Source of the DNA: a virus
Reading direction: 5' to 3' (one strand)
Virus record (IMG/VR): IMGVR_UViG_3300035698_002820
Location: 7,302-71,301 of that record
Length of the DNA stretch: 64,000 bases
Positions 55,419 through 64,000 of the stretch are shown piece by piece. A program made the position numbers and the translations under genes. Numbering within the stretch: the first letter of the stretch is position 1; each line of letters starts with the position of its first letter. The notes beneath the pieces were generated by a model. It made no database searches. It saw only the letters and a program-made list of their open reading frames with translations, and was not told the origin of the DNA.

Positions 55419-55807
55419 TCTTCCTCCCTAGTTTTGTGTGAACAATCAGCATTGGTGGGCTGATGTTCTGCCACAGGTCTTACTACGCTTCTACAACTAC
55501 CCAGGCCAGCTAAACAACGTAGCCATCGAAAGAACTGTTTAGCGTTCCCAGGATATTCCATGCCTTCACCACAAAACCAACCGGCGTCCTGCAGTTTGGC
55601 ATTGCGGATTCGGCATGGCTGGTGTTCAGGTGTTTTGAAAACAATATGTCCTCTTGTTCTTTCACTGACGTACATCCTGATGACAAGATTGAAACCAGCA
55701 CGCACATCATACATGTACAGTACATCACGCAGGCACACTACGCCATAGCACATGAATTGCATGTTCCTGCTTTCTAAAACATAAAACTTGTGAGTGTCAA
55801 ATTTCAC
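55415..55807 (-). CDS. Hypothetical protein (3' half overlaps a structured leader)
   Basis: AGGGAG RBS before GTG; coding status of the 3' half uncertain. Confidence 0.4.
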   Translation of the reverse strand: MKFDTHKFYVLESRNMQFMCYGVVCLRDVLYMYDVRAGFNLVIRMYVSERTRGHIVFKTPEHQPCRIRNAKLQDAGWFCGEGMEYPGNAKQFFRWLRCLAGLGSCRSVVRPVAEHQPTNADCSHKTREEE

Positions 55808-55843
55808 GTGATGTGCTCCCTGCTATTATACTATACGTTGTAC

Positions 55844-56746
55844 TCACTTCTTTGATTTTGCACGTTGCTTCTTTTCAACCCTAGCTGCTTTACGCAGTGC
55901 TTTGGTACTTGTGCCGTGTGGGTCAAGCAGCTTGTGCCAGGTCACAATTGTAGTGCGGCACCTGACATGGAAGGGTGGAAATAGAAAGTTGCCGTACACT
56001 GTCTTAAATGGCCTGCCAACATCCACAATCTTGCCATGAATGGCCAAGCAACAGTCAGTTGTTCTTTCATCAATGGCTGCAATAGCCTGCTTGCGTATTG
56101 CTGGAACACGTTTCTGAGTCTGGGTCATGCCTATCTGCTTGGACATGTTGTGTGCTTTCAGCAGTACCATCCTGGTCAGTATCTCACAGCCACTGCGGCT
56201 TCTCTGCCAGATACTCTGTGGCACAAGTGTTTCTGAAAGTAGCAGTCTGGTGATTGTGCTTACATCCTTGCCCTGGATAGCTGCAGTTCTGAAAGTAAAT
56301 AGCACTTTGTTTCTGAGGTTTTCTGTGAAATATTCAACTTCATCTATGACAGATTCCAGAGTAAGTTCAACCATTACTGGGTCAAAACGTCCAAATGTAA
56401 TGCCCAGGCCAATTGAATTCAACTCGATGACATAGTTATCCAAAGTAAGTTCAATGATTTCACTACGTCCTGCACTGATGATGTTTACCAACTCACCTTT
56501 GAGTATGGCTATTCTCTGCTCAATTTGCTGAATAATGCCAGCATGGCGTGCCAGTGTGATTCTCTGAGCAGCATTTTTAGGCATGCCAAGTTGGGCCCAC
56601 CTATCTAAAATGGCTTGCAGTTCTGTTCGCATTGTGGTGCGAGCATCTTCATATGCCAAGAGTGTCTGGGCTGTAGTGGCATCTTCAATGCTCCATATTC
56701 GTTGCTGGTGTTCTTCAACTAATTTCAGTAGCTCATCTAAAGTCAT
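55844..56746 (-). CDS. Minor head protein (Mu gpF / SPP1 gp7-like)
   Basis: DERTTDCCLAIHGK...PPFHVRCRT. Confidence 0.85.
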   Translation of the reverse strand: MTLDELLKLVEEHQQRIWSIEDATTAQTLLAYEDARTTMRTELQAILDRWAQLGMPKNAAQRITLARHAGIIQQIEQRIAILKGELVNIISAGRSEIIELTLDNYVIELNSIGLGITFGRFDPVMVELTLESVIDEVEYFTENLRNKVLFTFRTAAIQGKDVSTITRLLLSETLVPQSIWQRSRSGCEILTRMVLLKAHNMSKQIGMTQTQKRVPAIRKQAIAAIDERTTDCCLAIHGKIVDVGRPFKTVYGNFLFPPFHVRCRTTIVTWHKLLDPHGTSTKALRKAARVEKKQRAKSKK

Positions 56747-56898
56747 GCCTATCTACCTTATAAGATTAGTTGGTGCAAAGAGTCTGAAGATGCGTTGAGC
56801 CAGTTCGTGCTGGTCTGGATAAGACATCTCAATGCCATTCTCTTCACTCCATTCTTCAATCTGCTCTATGATTGCTACCATGATGTCTTTTTTATTCA

Positions 56899-58197
56899 CT
56901 ATCGCTCCTCAACCCCAGCATGGGATTTGGTTATTTCTTTTGGAGTGCTACCAGCCATTTTGGCTTCTTGCATCAGTTCTGCTTCAATCAGCTGCTCAAC
57001 ATCATCAGTCTCACCAAGCACAGGCCGCTCACCAATGGTGTGTTCAGCCAATTCTTCTGCAAAGCTGAAACCTTCAAGATGGTGCATAGTGCCCATTCTC
57101 AAAGCCATCGTCTGGGCTGTCACCAAACCTTCATCATAATTGTCCCTGGCAGTTTGTACTTTAGAAATGACATCACCTAACAGGTACTTCACAGCCTTGC
57201 CAGACAATTCATTCTTTGTCCTGAGAATGTGCCAGGTCAGCTCAGGAAAGTCCTTCTCCAGTTCACCAGTGATATCATTCAGCACACCTTGAAGTTTCTC
57301 AAAATCTACATCAGGTACTAATGCTTCAACCTTGCCCTTGACATCTGGGTGGTGCCAGATTCTATCACCCTTGACAAAACTACCTTTGGTTGTACCGTAT
57401 GAGACAAAGATGGGCTCTGCGTGCTTGTATACCAGTGTCTGAATGTAGCTGGCAATATTGTTCATGCGATTGACTTTATCTTCAGAGATTGACCAGCAGT
57501 TTGTCCCCCACTCTGAACCTATATCCAGGTGCTGTACCAATGCAATAGGCACAAACTCATAACCATTTTTCCATGTAGCTGATGGGTTGCCTTCATATGC
57601 AAATGGCAGTCCATCTTTGAATGTAGTGAAAGATTCAGGGGTGATGATTTCAGAATAGACATAGTAAGTACGCACACCTTCTTCATCAAAATTGTAGGCA
57701 GGCCATTCTAGTTTGGCAAATACTAACTCATCATTAACCCAGTTAGCTGCTATGACATCACCAGGATGAAGTACATCAATTTTGACCTTCTCATCAGATG
57801 CTTGCACATACAGACCAACGTCCCCATACAGAGCACCATCGTGTGCATATAAGGACTTGTTCTTCTGCCATTTTGACCATTTCCATATCTGTCTGATTGC
57901 CTTAGTCATGGGTTCTGCTATATCTTCTTCACCATCTGGTCCCAGAAGAGGCAGTGCTTTAGGCAGTTTACCAGGCATAACATGAGCAGCCCAGAAGTCT
58001 ACCAGACGTTTGATTGGATTGAAAACACTGCTGATAAGTGTGTATAGGTGGTGACTGGTGACGTAGCTATTGCGAGTCACTTTACGCACCTTGCCAACTT
58101 TGACAATGGCAATGTTACCATAGACAGTGTTATCGTAAAATTTGTCGTGTTCTGCATAACGGGCAATACGAGCAGAGTATGATTCTTGTGTACTCAT
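56899..58197 (-). CDS. Portal protein (SPP1 gp6-like)
   Basis: FNPIKRLVD, ALYGD, NGYEFVPI, ELSGKAV; downstream of terminase. Confidence 0.85.
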   Translation of the reverse strand: MSTQESYSARIARYAEHDKFYDNTVYGNIAIVKVGKVRKVTRNSYVTSHHLYTLISSVFNPIKRLVDFWAAHVMPGKLPKALPLLGPDGEEDIAEPMTKAIRQIWKWSKWQKNKSLYAHDGALYGDVGLYVQASDEKVKIDVLHPGDVIAANWVNDELVFAKLEWPAYNFDEEGVRTYYVYSEIITPESFTTFKDGLPFAYEGNPSATWKNGYEFVPIALVQHLDIGSEWGTNCWSISEDKVNRMNNIASYIQTLVYKHAEPIFVSYGTTKGSFVKGDRIWHHPDVKGKVEALVPDVDFEKLQGVLNDITGELEKDFPELTWHILRTKNELSGKAVKYLLGDVISKVQTARDNYDEGLVTAQTMALRMGTMHHLEGFSFAEELAEHTIGERPVLGETDDVEQLIEAELMQEAKMAGSTPKEITKSHAGVEER

Positions 58198-58409
58198 TCA
58201 GCTATTTCCTCTTGAAAATCTGCATCATAAATGGGCATGCCATAATGTGCTGATAATTCTACTGCCTCACCCTGCAAAGTCTGGCCTATGGCAATGAAAT
58301 GCTGGGTGGCTATGTGATTTGCTATTCTATTAGCAAAGACTGCATGCCTGCAGCGTTCATAGAAGCACCGCACTAATGCCAATATCTGCTTCATCATAAA
58401 GGTCAGCAT
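58194..58409 (-). CDS. Small hypothetical protein
   Basis: Fills the terL-portal gap, overlapping both. Confidence 0.35.
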   Translation of the reverse strand: MLTFMMKQILALVRCFYERCRHAVFANRIANHIATQHFIAIGQTLQGEAVELSAHYGMPIYDADFQEEIAE

Positions 58410-59820
58410 CCTCAGTAACTATTGCTCCATGGTCTGTGTACTGTGCCCAGATTAGGTAACGAATGTTATCCATGCTGTGGTTGTCTTTATCTACAGGCTT
58501 GTCCCCACCTGTTTCAGGCATGTGATAGAGTGTGAATTCTATCATAGTCATGGGACAATTTTCACTGTCCACCTTATAGCTGCGATGCCCAGAATTGTCC
58601 CTAATCATTCTACGCATTAGTTGGATACTTTCATCTAATGGACAGACAATGCTTTCTACTGGTATGCCAAGTTGTTCTGACAGTTCTTTATTCTGGCCAG
58701 GCTGACGTGGGTCAGCATAGATGTGCTGGATGAAGTGCCAGTATGGTTTTGCTTTGATGAGATCTGCAATCTGTGTTGATGTTCTGCCTTCTACGTAAAT
58801 CTCGCCAATGTGATGGAGGTCACCATCAGGTGTACGCTGGACAAAATTGAAACTGGCTGGGTCATTATAGCCATAGTCAAATGTCCCATACAAAGGCAGA
58901 TATGGCTCATAAGGCACACACCCACCATTCAACATTGCATCAAAGTTGCCATATACCAGACCACGTGTACCAGGCAGCATACACTCATGTTGTGTTAGCC
59001 ATGCTTCTTCATCTGAGTTCTTAAAGTCCCGTATGACATCTACCTTCTTGCGCCAGCCACGCTTGTAAGGCAGGTGCATTTTGCCTTGACACACATCCCA
59101 CAAAGGGCATTTCTTACCTTCACACGTGTAACAGGATTCTATAACTTCCCAGACATTCCATTGGATGGCGTGCAAATCCATTCGTTGGGCCATCAGCAAC
59201 AGTTTGTTCATTGGCCCATAGATACGCTGTCTGGTGCTACCATAGATGAGCTGCCCTTTGATTTTATCATCAGTCATAGGCATGAAGACAAACTGCTGCA
59301 CAATGTCCCACGACTTGGCCCATTCTACTTCATCAAAGTGTGCTTTGTGTGGGTGTGGCCCACTAGCAGATGTGATAGTGCCAGGTAGAATCTCAGCTCT
59401 GCTTGTATTTGTCCAGATGACTTCTTTAGCTAGACTGTCAACAACTTCATTAGCAAAGAGTGGAATGGTGGTCAATTTCTTCAGATAAGCATGGCATCTG
59501 TCTGCTTGTTTTTCAATAGCACCCAGGTGCGTTGTCCAACATCCAGGCTTATGGGTACTGTTAAGGTGGATAAGAAGACTGAAGTTTCTTGTTTTGCCTG
59601 AGCCTCTGTCTCCCAGTGCAATAATGCTATCATACCTCTCAAAGAAGGCATCAGCAATCATCTGAAATGGTGTACCATGGTCAGGCTGTGAGGGGTGTGG
59701 TAGTCTGGGCACATCAAAGCCATAGACTGTCTTGATGTACATCCACAATTCTTCATCATTTTTTGGGCAGTTGTGAGCGCATGCCCATTTTGCTGCGAAT
59801 TGAGGGTCAGTCTGTGACAT
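58357..59820 (-). CDS. terL: Terminase large subunit
   Basis: GDRGSGKT Walker A, HFDEVE Walker B, TFDYGYNDP nuclease motif, DKDNHSMDNIRY. Confidence 0.93.
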   Translation of the reverse strand: MSQTDPQFAAKWACAHNCPKNDEELWMYIKTVYGFDVPRLPHPSQPDHGTPFQMIADAFFERYDSIIALGDRGSGKTRNFSLLIHLNSTHKPGCWTTHLGAIEKQADRCHAYLKKLTTIPLFANEVVDSLAKEVIWTNTSRAEILPGTITSASGPHPHKAHFDEVEWAKSWDIVQQFVFMPMTDDKIKGQLIYGSTRQRIYGPMNKLLLMAQRMDLHAIQWNVWEVIESCYTCEGKKCPLWDVCQGKMHLPYKRGWRKKVDVIRDFKNSDEEAWLTQHECMLPGTRGLVYGNFDAMLNGGCVPYEPYLPLYGTFDYGYNDPASFNFVQRTPDGDLHHIGEIYVEGRTSTQIADLIKAKPYWHFIQHIYADPRQPGQNKELSEQLGIPVESIVCPLDESIQLMRRMIRDNSGHRSYKVDSENCPMTMIEFTLYHMPETGGDKPVDKDNHSMDNIRYLIWAQYTDHGAIVTEDADLYDEADIGISAVLL

Positions 59821-60361
59821 CGTGGAACTCCCCTTCAACAGTGCTATCATCAGCAATCAATGCTTGGTCCTGTGGCATCTCTGCCAGACCAAATGCTACA
59901 GCATAGAAACCAATAACCTGTTTTGATGGCATTGCTTGCAGCTGATTCAGAATATCTCCTATCTGAGGAATCTGCCTCATATCAACTATGGAATCTGTGG
60001 CCTTAAGCTTGTTCATCTTCAACAGAAAGTCAACATAGTCATTAGTCAACTTCATCTGGCCTTTGATTGCACCTACTGCAACAGCCGGTTGGTTGGCAGG
60101 ACAAGTATCAATGATATGCTGAAAATCAGCCCAGGCTTTGAACATAGATGCTTGGTATTCATCTATGATGTTGCTTGGTGTAATCTCAGCACCTAGCTGA
60201 TGAGCCATTTCAGCCTGAATGTGCTTTAAGTCACCGTAAACTTGCCACCTGGTGATATCTGGGAACTGTGACCGCAAGATGTCACAAATCTCACCAGCTG
60301 TTCCACCCATTACTTCTGCAACTGCTTGCCTGCGTTGTGTCAGTGCTAAAGCAGTTGCCAT
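59807..60361 (-). CDS. Terminase small subunit (putative)
   Basis: N-terminal HTH RRQAV...EICDIL...QVYGDLKHI; directly upstream of terL. Confidence 0.65.
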   Translation of the reverse strand: MATALALTQRRQAVAEVMGGTAGEICDILRSQFPDITRWQVYGDLKHIQAEMAHQLGAEITPSNIIDEYQASMFKAWADFQHIIDTCPANQPAVAVGAIKGQMKLTNDYVDFLLKMNKLKATDSIVDMRQIPQIGDILNQLQAMPSKQVIGFYAVAFGLAEMPQDQALIADDSTVEGEFHDVTD

Positions 60362-60642
60362 CAGTCATATGCCCGGTATATGATGAAAGCAGCTGTTTCA
60401 CCCAGGCCTGCCCAGTCACCTAATGTCAAGCTGGCTTGTAGTTTATATGTTCCATTCTGAGCAAGGTCACCTGCCTGGACTACATACTTGAGATAGTTCT
60501 GCTGGTAGATGACAGCAGTCCAGATGACCAGTGTGCCACCTGGTTTTCTAACTTTCAACTTACAGTTTGATGCACCTACAATGCTGCATCCACAGTTGAC
60601 TACGACAATGGTTCCAACATCACCTACATATGAACGTGTCAT
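60361..60642 (-). CDS. BppU-N-like small beta-sandwich virion protein
   Basis: YVGDVGT...VRKPGG...W.A...YVVQAGDL.Q.GTYKLQA. Confidence 0.65.
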   Translation of the reverse strand: MTRSYVGDVGTIVVVNCGCSIVGASNCKLKVRKPGGTLVIWTAVIYQQNYLKYVVQAGDLAQNGTYKLQASLTLGDWAGLGETAAFIIYRAYD

Positions 60643-60818
60643 TATGCAAATTCCTCAAAGTTCAAACGTGACACCAGGTCTATTTGCTTAGGCAATTGCG
60701 ATTCTATAGCTAAGATGAGAACAACACCAGAATCAAGCCTGATGACTTCGACATAGTAGGCTGTTCTGACGTATCCTCTAGTTATCAGTGTGCACCCAAA
60801 ACCACGGGTGATTATCAT
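60642..60818 (-). CDS. Small protein (58 aa)
   Basis: Hand translation MIITRGFGCTLITRGYVRT...; overlaps both neighbours. Confidence 0.55.
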   Translation of the reverse strand: MIITRGFGCTLITRGYVRTAYYVEVIRLDSGVVLILAIESQLPKQIDLVSRLNFEEFA

Positions 60819-61234
60819 ACTCTTGTACGCTCCGCAATCTCTGTTATAGCAGGCAAACCAGCAGCATCAAACAAGTCAAATCGCATCACTTCAGTGACAT
60901 TATCTGACTCATAAAACAGCATCTGATTGTCTACTATCTTCCATCTGCCACCTTCAACATCCTTCAGAAATTCTACGTCAGCACCAATGGTATCCACACG
61001 TATTGTAGTGAAGACGGTCTTCACACCACCTTCCATGAAGATAACTGGCCAAGCACCTGTGGCATTGAAGTTGTAGTCAATGTAGTAGAGGCCATCTTCA
61101 GCCTCATTCAGGGATTGCTCACTACTCTTGACCAGTGTTGGTGACCAAAAATAGGCAGTGACAGTAAGTCCTGCTTGGAAGTTGTGACTTTTATAGACAA
61201 TGCGTTGTATGCCTTTCTGAAACAGGATTAGCAT
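60815..61234 (-). CDS. Virion accessory protein (Ig-like + GRWKI domain)
   Basis: EAEDGLYY...GAW; EGGRWKIVDNQMLFY...RFDLFD. Confidence 0.6.
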   Translation of the reverse strand: MLILFQKGIQRIVYKSHNFQAGLTVTAYFWSPTLVKSSEQSLNEAEDGLYYIDYNFNATGAWPVIFMEGGVKTVFTTIRVDTIGADVEFLKDVEGGRWKIVDNQMLFYESDNVTEVMRFDLFDAAGLPAITEIAERTRV

Positions 61235-61258
61235 TAGAACCTCCGTATTGATGTTTCA

Positions 61259-61288
61259 CAGAGGAGGGACATTTCTATCCCTCCTCTG
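61259..61288 (-). terminator. 11-bp hairpin
   Basis: CAGAGGAGGGA-N8-TCCCTCCTCTG; same GGAGGGA core as the post-capsid hairpin. Confidence 0.55.
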
Positions 61289-61303
61289 AGTATTGTTCTA
61301 TGC

Positions 61304-62029
61304 TTATCCTACCATAGCTGGTGAGCCTATGGCATCAACTGCATCCTTGATTGCACCCAGACCATCTGTTCCATTGTCCAGGTCTGTTTGAATCGCACCG
61401 ACTTCACTGTCTACCGTTGTCAATGCAGCACCGGTTGCCAAGGCTGCTGTGCCGAGAACGTCAAGTTCTGCCTTGGTTGGGCCGTCATATGTCGCAAGCT
61501 CAGTGGCAACTTCGGTTGGAGTGGCATTAAGTCCAATGGCAGTCTTGAGTGCACCCAAACCATCAGTAACATTATCCAGGTCGGTTTGAATTGCACCAAC
61601 TTCTCCATCAATAGTGGCAATCTCATTGTCCACCGTTGTTAATGCGGCCGCAGTCGCCACACCGGAGACATCGGCCATGAAGTTGGCTGGTGTGCCCAGG
61701 ATGGTCTCAATGTCATCAACATTGCCATCAACGGTAGCCAGAGCAGTGACGATGCCGAACTCATCTGCTGTTTTGACAGTGTACGTTTTGGTGGCCTTGC
61801 CGCCAAGACTAGCAGAAGCAATTTGCACTGACCAGGCACCAGCTGCGTCGGGTGTCCAGGAGTGATAGTATCTGCCTGTATTGGTTTCAAGCTCCACCAT
61901 GGTACCGGATTTTGCTACATCCTTTGCGTATGCTTCATCGTACACGTCACACGCAATGTCCACCAAGTCAGCCGTTGCGTCAGGTGCCTGATAGATAGTT
62001 ACGATTGCTACATCTACTTTGTGAATCAT
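61304..62029 (-). CDS. Virion fibre-like protein (Ig-like + repeated coiled coil)
   Basis: TGRYYHSWTPDAAGAW; ALTTVD.E..AIQTDLDN.TDGLGA.K repeated. Confidence 0.6.
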   Translation of the reverse strand: MIHKVDVAIVTIYQAPDATADLVDIACDVYDEAYAKDVAKSGTMVELETNTGRYYHSWTPDAAGAWSVQIASASLGGKATKTYTVKTADEFGIVTALATVDGNVDDIETILGTPANFMADVSGVATAAALTTVDNEIATIDGEVGAIQTDLDNVTDGLGALKTAIGLNATPTEVATELATYDGPTKAELDVLGTAALATGAALTTVDSEVGAIQTDLDNGTDGLGAIKDAVDAIGSPAMVG

Positions 62030-62063
62030 TCTTTACTCACCTCATGAGATTTTTTATCGGGAA

Positions 62064-62879
62064 TTATCCGATTCGTACCCCTGCCTTTTGAATTTCTGCT
62101 TTCACTTCACTATCGTCTGCAGGGTCAGCTGGTAAATTATCTGTTTTAGCAGCAATTGTATCAACAATTGCATCTAATGTGTCTATCTGATTAATACTGG
62201 TGTAAATTATGTTGATGGCTGTTTTCGCATCTTCAGTTGATGTTTTGGTGATAATAGTGATGACATCAGCATCCATTTCATCGGATGTCAATATCAATTG
62301 ATATATGCCACTTGATTCACTTTCTACTGCTTCATAGGTACAGTCAGTAAATGTATTGCCATCTTTAGAGATTTCACTGTCTAGTGCAGTAGCACCAGTA
62401 ACCAAGTCTCCGTCATTGCCATAGATAGAAAAGACAAGCAGAAAATCTGCATTCTTTTGTGGCGGCCATCCAACAATAGCACCTTCCCAAAAATCAAATT
62501 CATAAACGCGCATATGTTGTGCAGCACCACCATAATTACGGAACGACATTCTAGCCTTAGTTATTGTGCGTGGAGGAAAGACCTTCTCAAGCCAATTGCC
62601 ATCATCATAATAGCCAGTATAAACATCAACCCATTCTTCTTCAACTGAATCCCAAATATCTAAATTGATTTGTTTTTGGATACTTATGTGATAATAAGGC
62701 TTGATTCTTACTTTGTGGCAAAGATGAGCATCACATGTGACATGAAGATATTCTGACCAAGTAAAGGGAGATACTAACGAACGTATTGCTTGTGTGCTCT
62801 CATTATCATCATATACATTAGTTTCATCATCCCATGCTGTTTCAGGGTCTTCAAATCCAGTTGGATTTATCCAAGCCAT
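62064..62879 (-). CDS. Virion accessory protein (jelly-roll-like N-domain + paralogous Ig-like C-domain)
   Basis: C-terminal ~135 aa highly similar to 62892..63317. Confidence 0.6.
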   Translation of the reverse strand: MAWINPTGFEDPETAWDDETNVYDDNESTQAIRSLVSPFTWSEYLHVTCDAHLCHKVRIKPYYHISIQKQINLDIWDSVEEEWVDVYTGYYDDGNWLEKVFPPRTITKARMSFRNYGGAAQHMRVYEFDFWEGAIVGWPPQKNADFLLVFSIYGNDGDLVTGATALDSEISKDGNTFTDCTYEAVESESSGIYQLILTSDEMDADVITIITKTSTEDAKTAINIIYTSINQIDTLDAIVDTIAAKTDNLPADPADDSEVKAEIQKAGVRIG

Positions 62880-62891
62880 AATGATCCTCTG

Positions 62892-63317
62892 TTATCCAAT
62901 GCTTGCACCTATTTCATGAACTTCTGCTTTCACCTCACTATCATCTGCCGGATCTGAAGGTAGGTTGTCAGTCTTTGCTTGAATTGCATCTACAACTGTG
63001 TCTATTGTATCAACCTGATTGGTTGATGTATAGATGACATTGACTGCTGTTTTTGCATCTTCAGTAGAAGTCTTAGTAATGACAGCAATGACATCATGAT
63101 TCATTTCGGCTGCTGTAAGAGTAAGTTTGTACATGCCACTTGATGTGGCAATTTCTGACGCTTCATTGGTGCAATTAGCAAAAGTGCCACTATCATAAGA
63201 ACGTTCACTATCTAGGGCAGCAGCACCAATTACTAAGTCTCCATCATTGTCAAAGATGGGGAAGACAAGTAAGAATTCTGCATTCTTTTTTGGTGGCCAA
63301 CCACCGGCATATGCCAT
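62892..63317 (-). CDS. Virion accessory protein (Ig-like)
   Basis: GWPPKKNAEF...SSGMYKLTLTAAEM...AKTDNLPSDPAD; start MAYAGG. Confidence 0.6.
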   Translation of the reverse strand: MAYAGGWPPKKNAEFLLVFPIFDNDGDLVIGAAALDSERSYDSGTFANCTNEASEIATSSGMYKLTLTAAEMNHDVIAVITKTSTEDAKTAVNVIYTSTNQVDTIDTVVDAIQAKTDNLPSDPADDSEVKAEVHEIGASIG

Positions 63318-63330
63318 GTTTTTATTCCTC

Positions 63331-63993
63331 TCAGAATGGCCCACGCATTGGTGTAGCCATGATTGTAGTCCGTCCTATGCGATGTCGCATTGGCTGGTCG
63401 CTGGGCACGGTGTAGATTATAACCAACTTCGGGCGTTGGGCGGCGGTGGCATGGTCGGAGGAGCTGAACTGGTACATATCATCTGATTCGGCATCTGCTT
63501 TTACCAACCATCCGTTACCCAAATCCAATCCGGCTTTGGTGGTGGGTGTCAAGGTGAACACTTTGAACTCGTTGAGTGTCTCTGTGGCAGTGAAGTCCCG
63601 TGAACCAATATCCGTTTGCTCACAGTCATCAGCACCAAAGCCACCCGCTGTGGCCCAGCTATTGCCCGTGCTGTATATGTTCCATGTGGCTTCTAATTCA
63701 ACCCAGGTTCTCTTTTGCCGATATACGCGGAATGTTCGGGCATTGGTTGACCAGTCAGCGTATGCATAAAGAGAGAACGTTGCCGATGATATTACGGCAG
63801 CAGCAGGCAGCGAGGATAAATTGAATTCAATCAATGCCCGTGCAATGTTGGCGATACCGGACTCCTCGCCCACATCAACATTGTATGTGGTGCCATAGTT
63901 TGCATCGGGTGCATAGGTTTGTATCCGGGCATCAATTCCATCCGTCCCGTCAGGCTGCAGTGTGAGTGTCGGGTCAACTACTGGCCTTGCCAT
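63331..63993 (-). CDS. DNRLRE (CBM96-like) domain protein
   Basis: DARI...PDANYG...RALIEFNLSSLPAAAVISSATFSLY...W.E..ATWN...RPKLVI. Confidence 0.8.
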   Translation of the reverse strand: MARPVVDPTLTLQPDGTDGIDARIQTYAPDANYGTTYNVDVGEESGIANIARALIEFNLSSLPAAAVISSATFSLYAYADWSTNARTFRVYRQKRTWVELEATWNIYSTGNSWATAGGFGADDCEQTDIGSRDFTATETLNEFKVFTLTPTTKAGLDLGNGWLVKADAESDDMYQFSSSDHATAAQRPKLVIIYTVPSDQPMRHRIGRTTIMATPMRGPF

Positions 63994-64000
63994 TCCTGCC

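Noticed and set aside
1064-59820. Inteins or group I introns in dnaE, helicase or terL
   Set aside because: Lengths and motif spacing are normal; no C...HN splice motifs or interrupted frames were found.
1314-63824. Plus-strand ORFs in the track (e.g. 19946..20716, 32673..33584, 53272..53805)
   Set aside because: They are antisense shadows of well-supported minus-strand genes, with no recognisable motifs.

Overview
This window is about 64 kb of a tailed dsDNA phage with siphovirus-type morphogenesis genes. Essentially all credible genes lie on the minus strand. In transcription order (right to left) it carries: a cluster of Ig-like/DNRLRE virion accessory proteins; terminase, portal, minor head protein, scaffold, capsid, head-tail, tail tube, frameshifted chaperones, tape measure and tail fibre; lysis/membrane genes; 7 tRNAs; a 1.2-kb non-coding control region with two strictly periodic arrays (23-bp and 10-bp); a ~10-kb block of small early genes; and a replication module (ParB-like, DnaB, ClpP, primase, sigma-like factor, gp32-like SSB, DnaE). 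That module is interleaved with a nucleotide-metabolism/modification cluster (FAD oxidoreductase, dUTPase-HAD fusion, SDR, DUF1599, MazG, dCMP deaminase) that runs off the left edge. Four observations stand out. (1) Four unrelated ~135-155 nt intergenic elements are each sealed by a long terminal stem; they are candidate excised small RNAs, and one has a tRNA T-arm. (2) A six-copy TGACTG-N4-ACGACYG motif looks like a promoter for the phage sigma-like factor and even dictates three proteins' C-termini. (3) The nucleotide cluster is a candidate pre-replicative base-modification pathway. (4) The control region holds iteron-like and helically phased arrays. No integrase, reverse transcriptase or CRISPR array was seen. 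The host is not determined. All calls come from motif reading by eye, without database searches.
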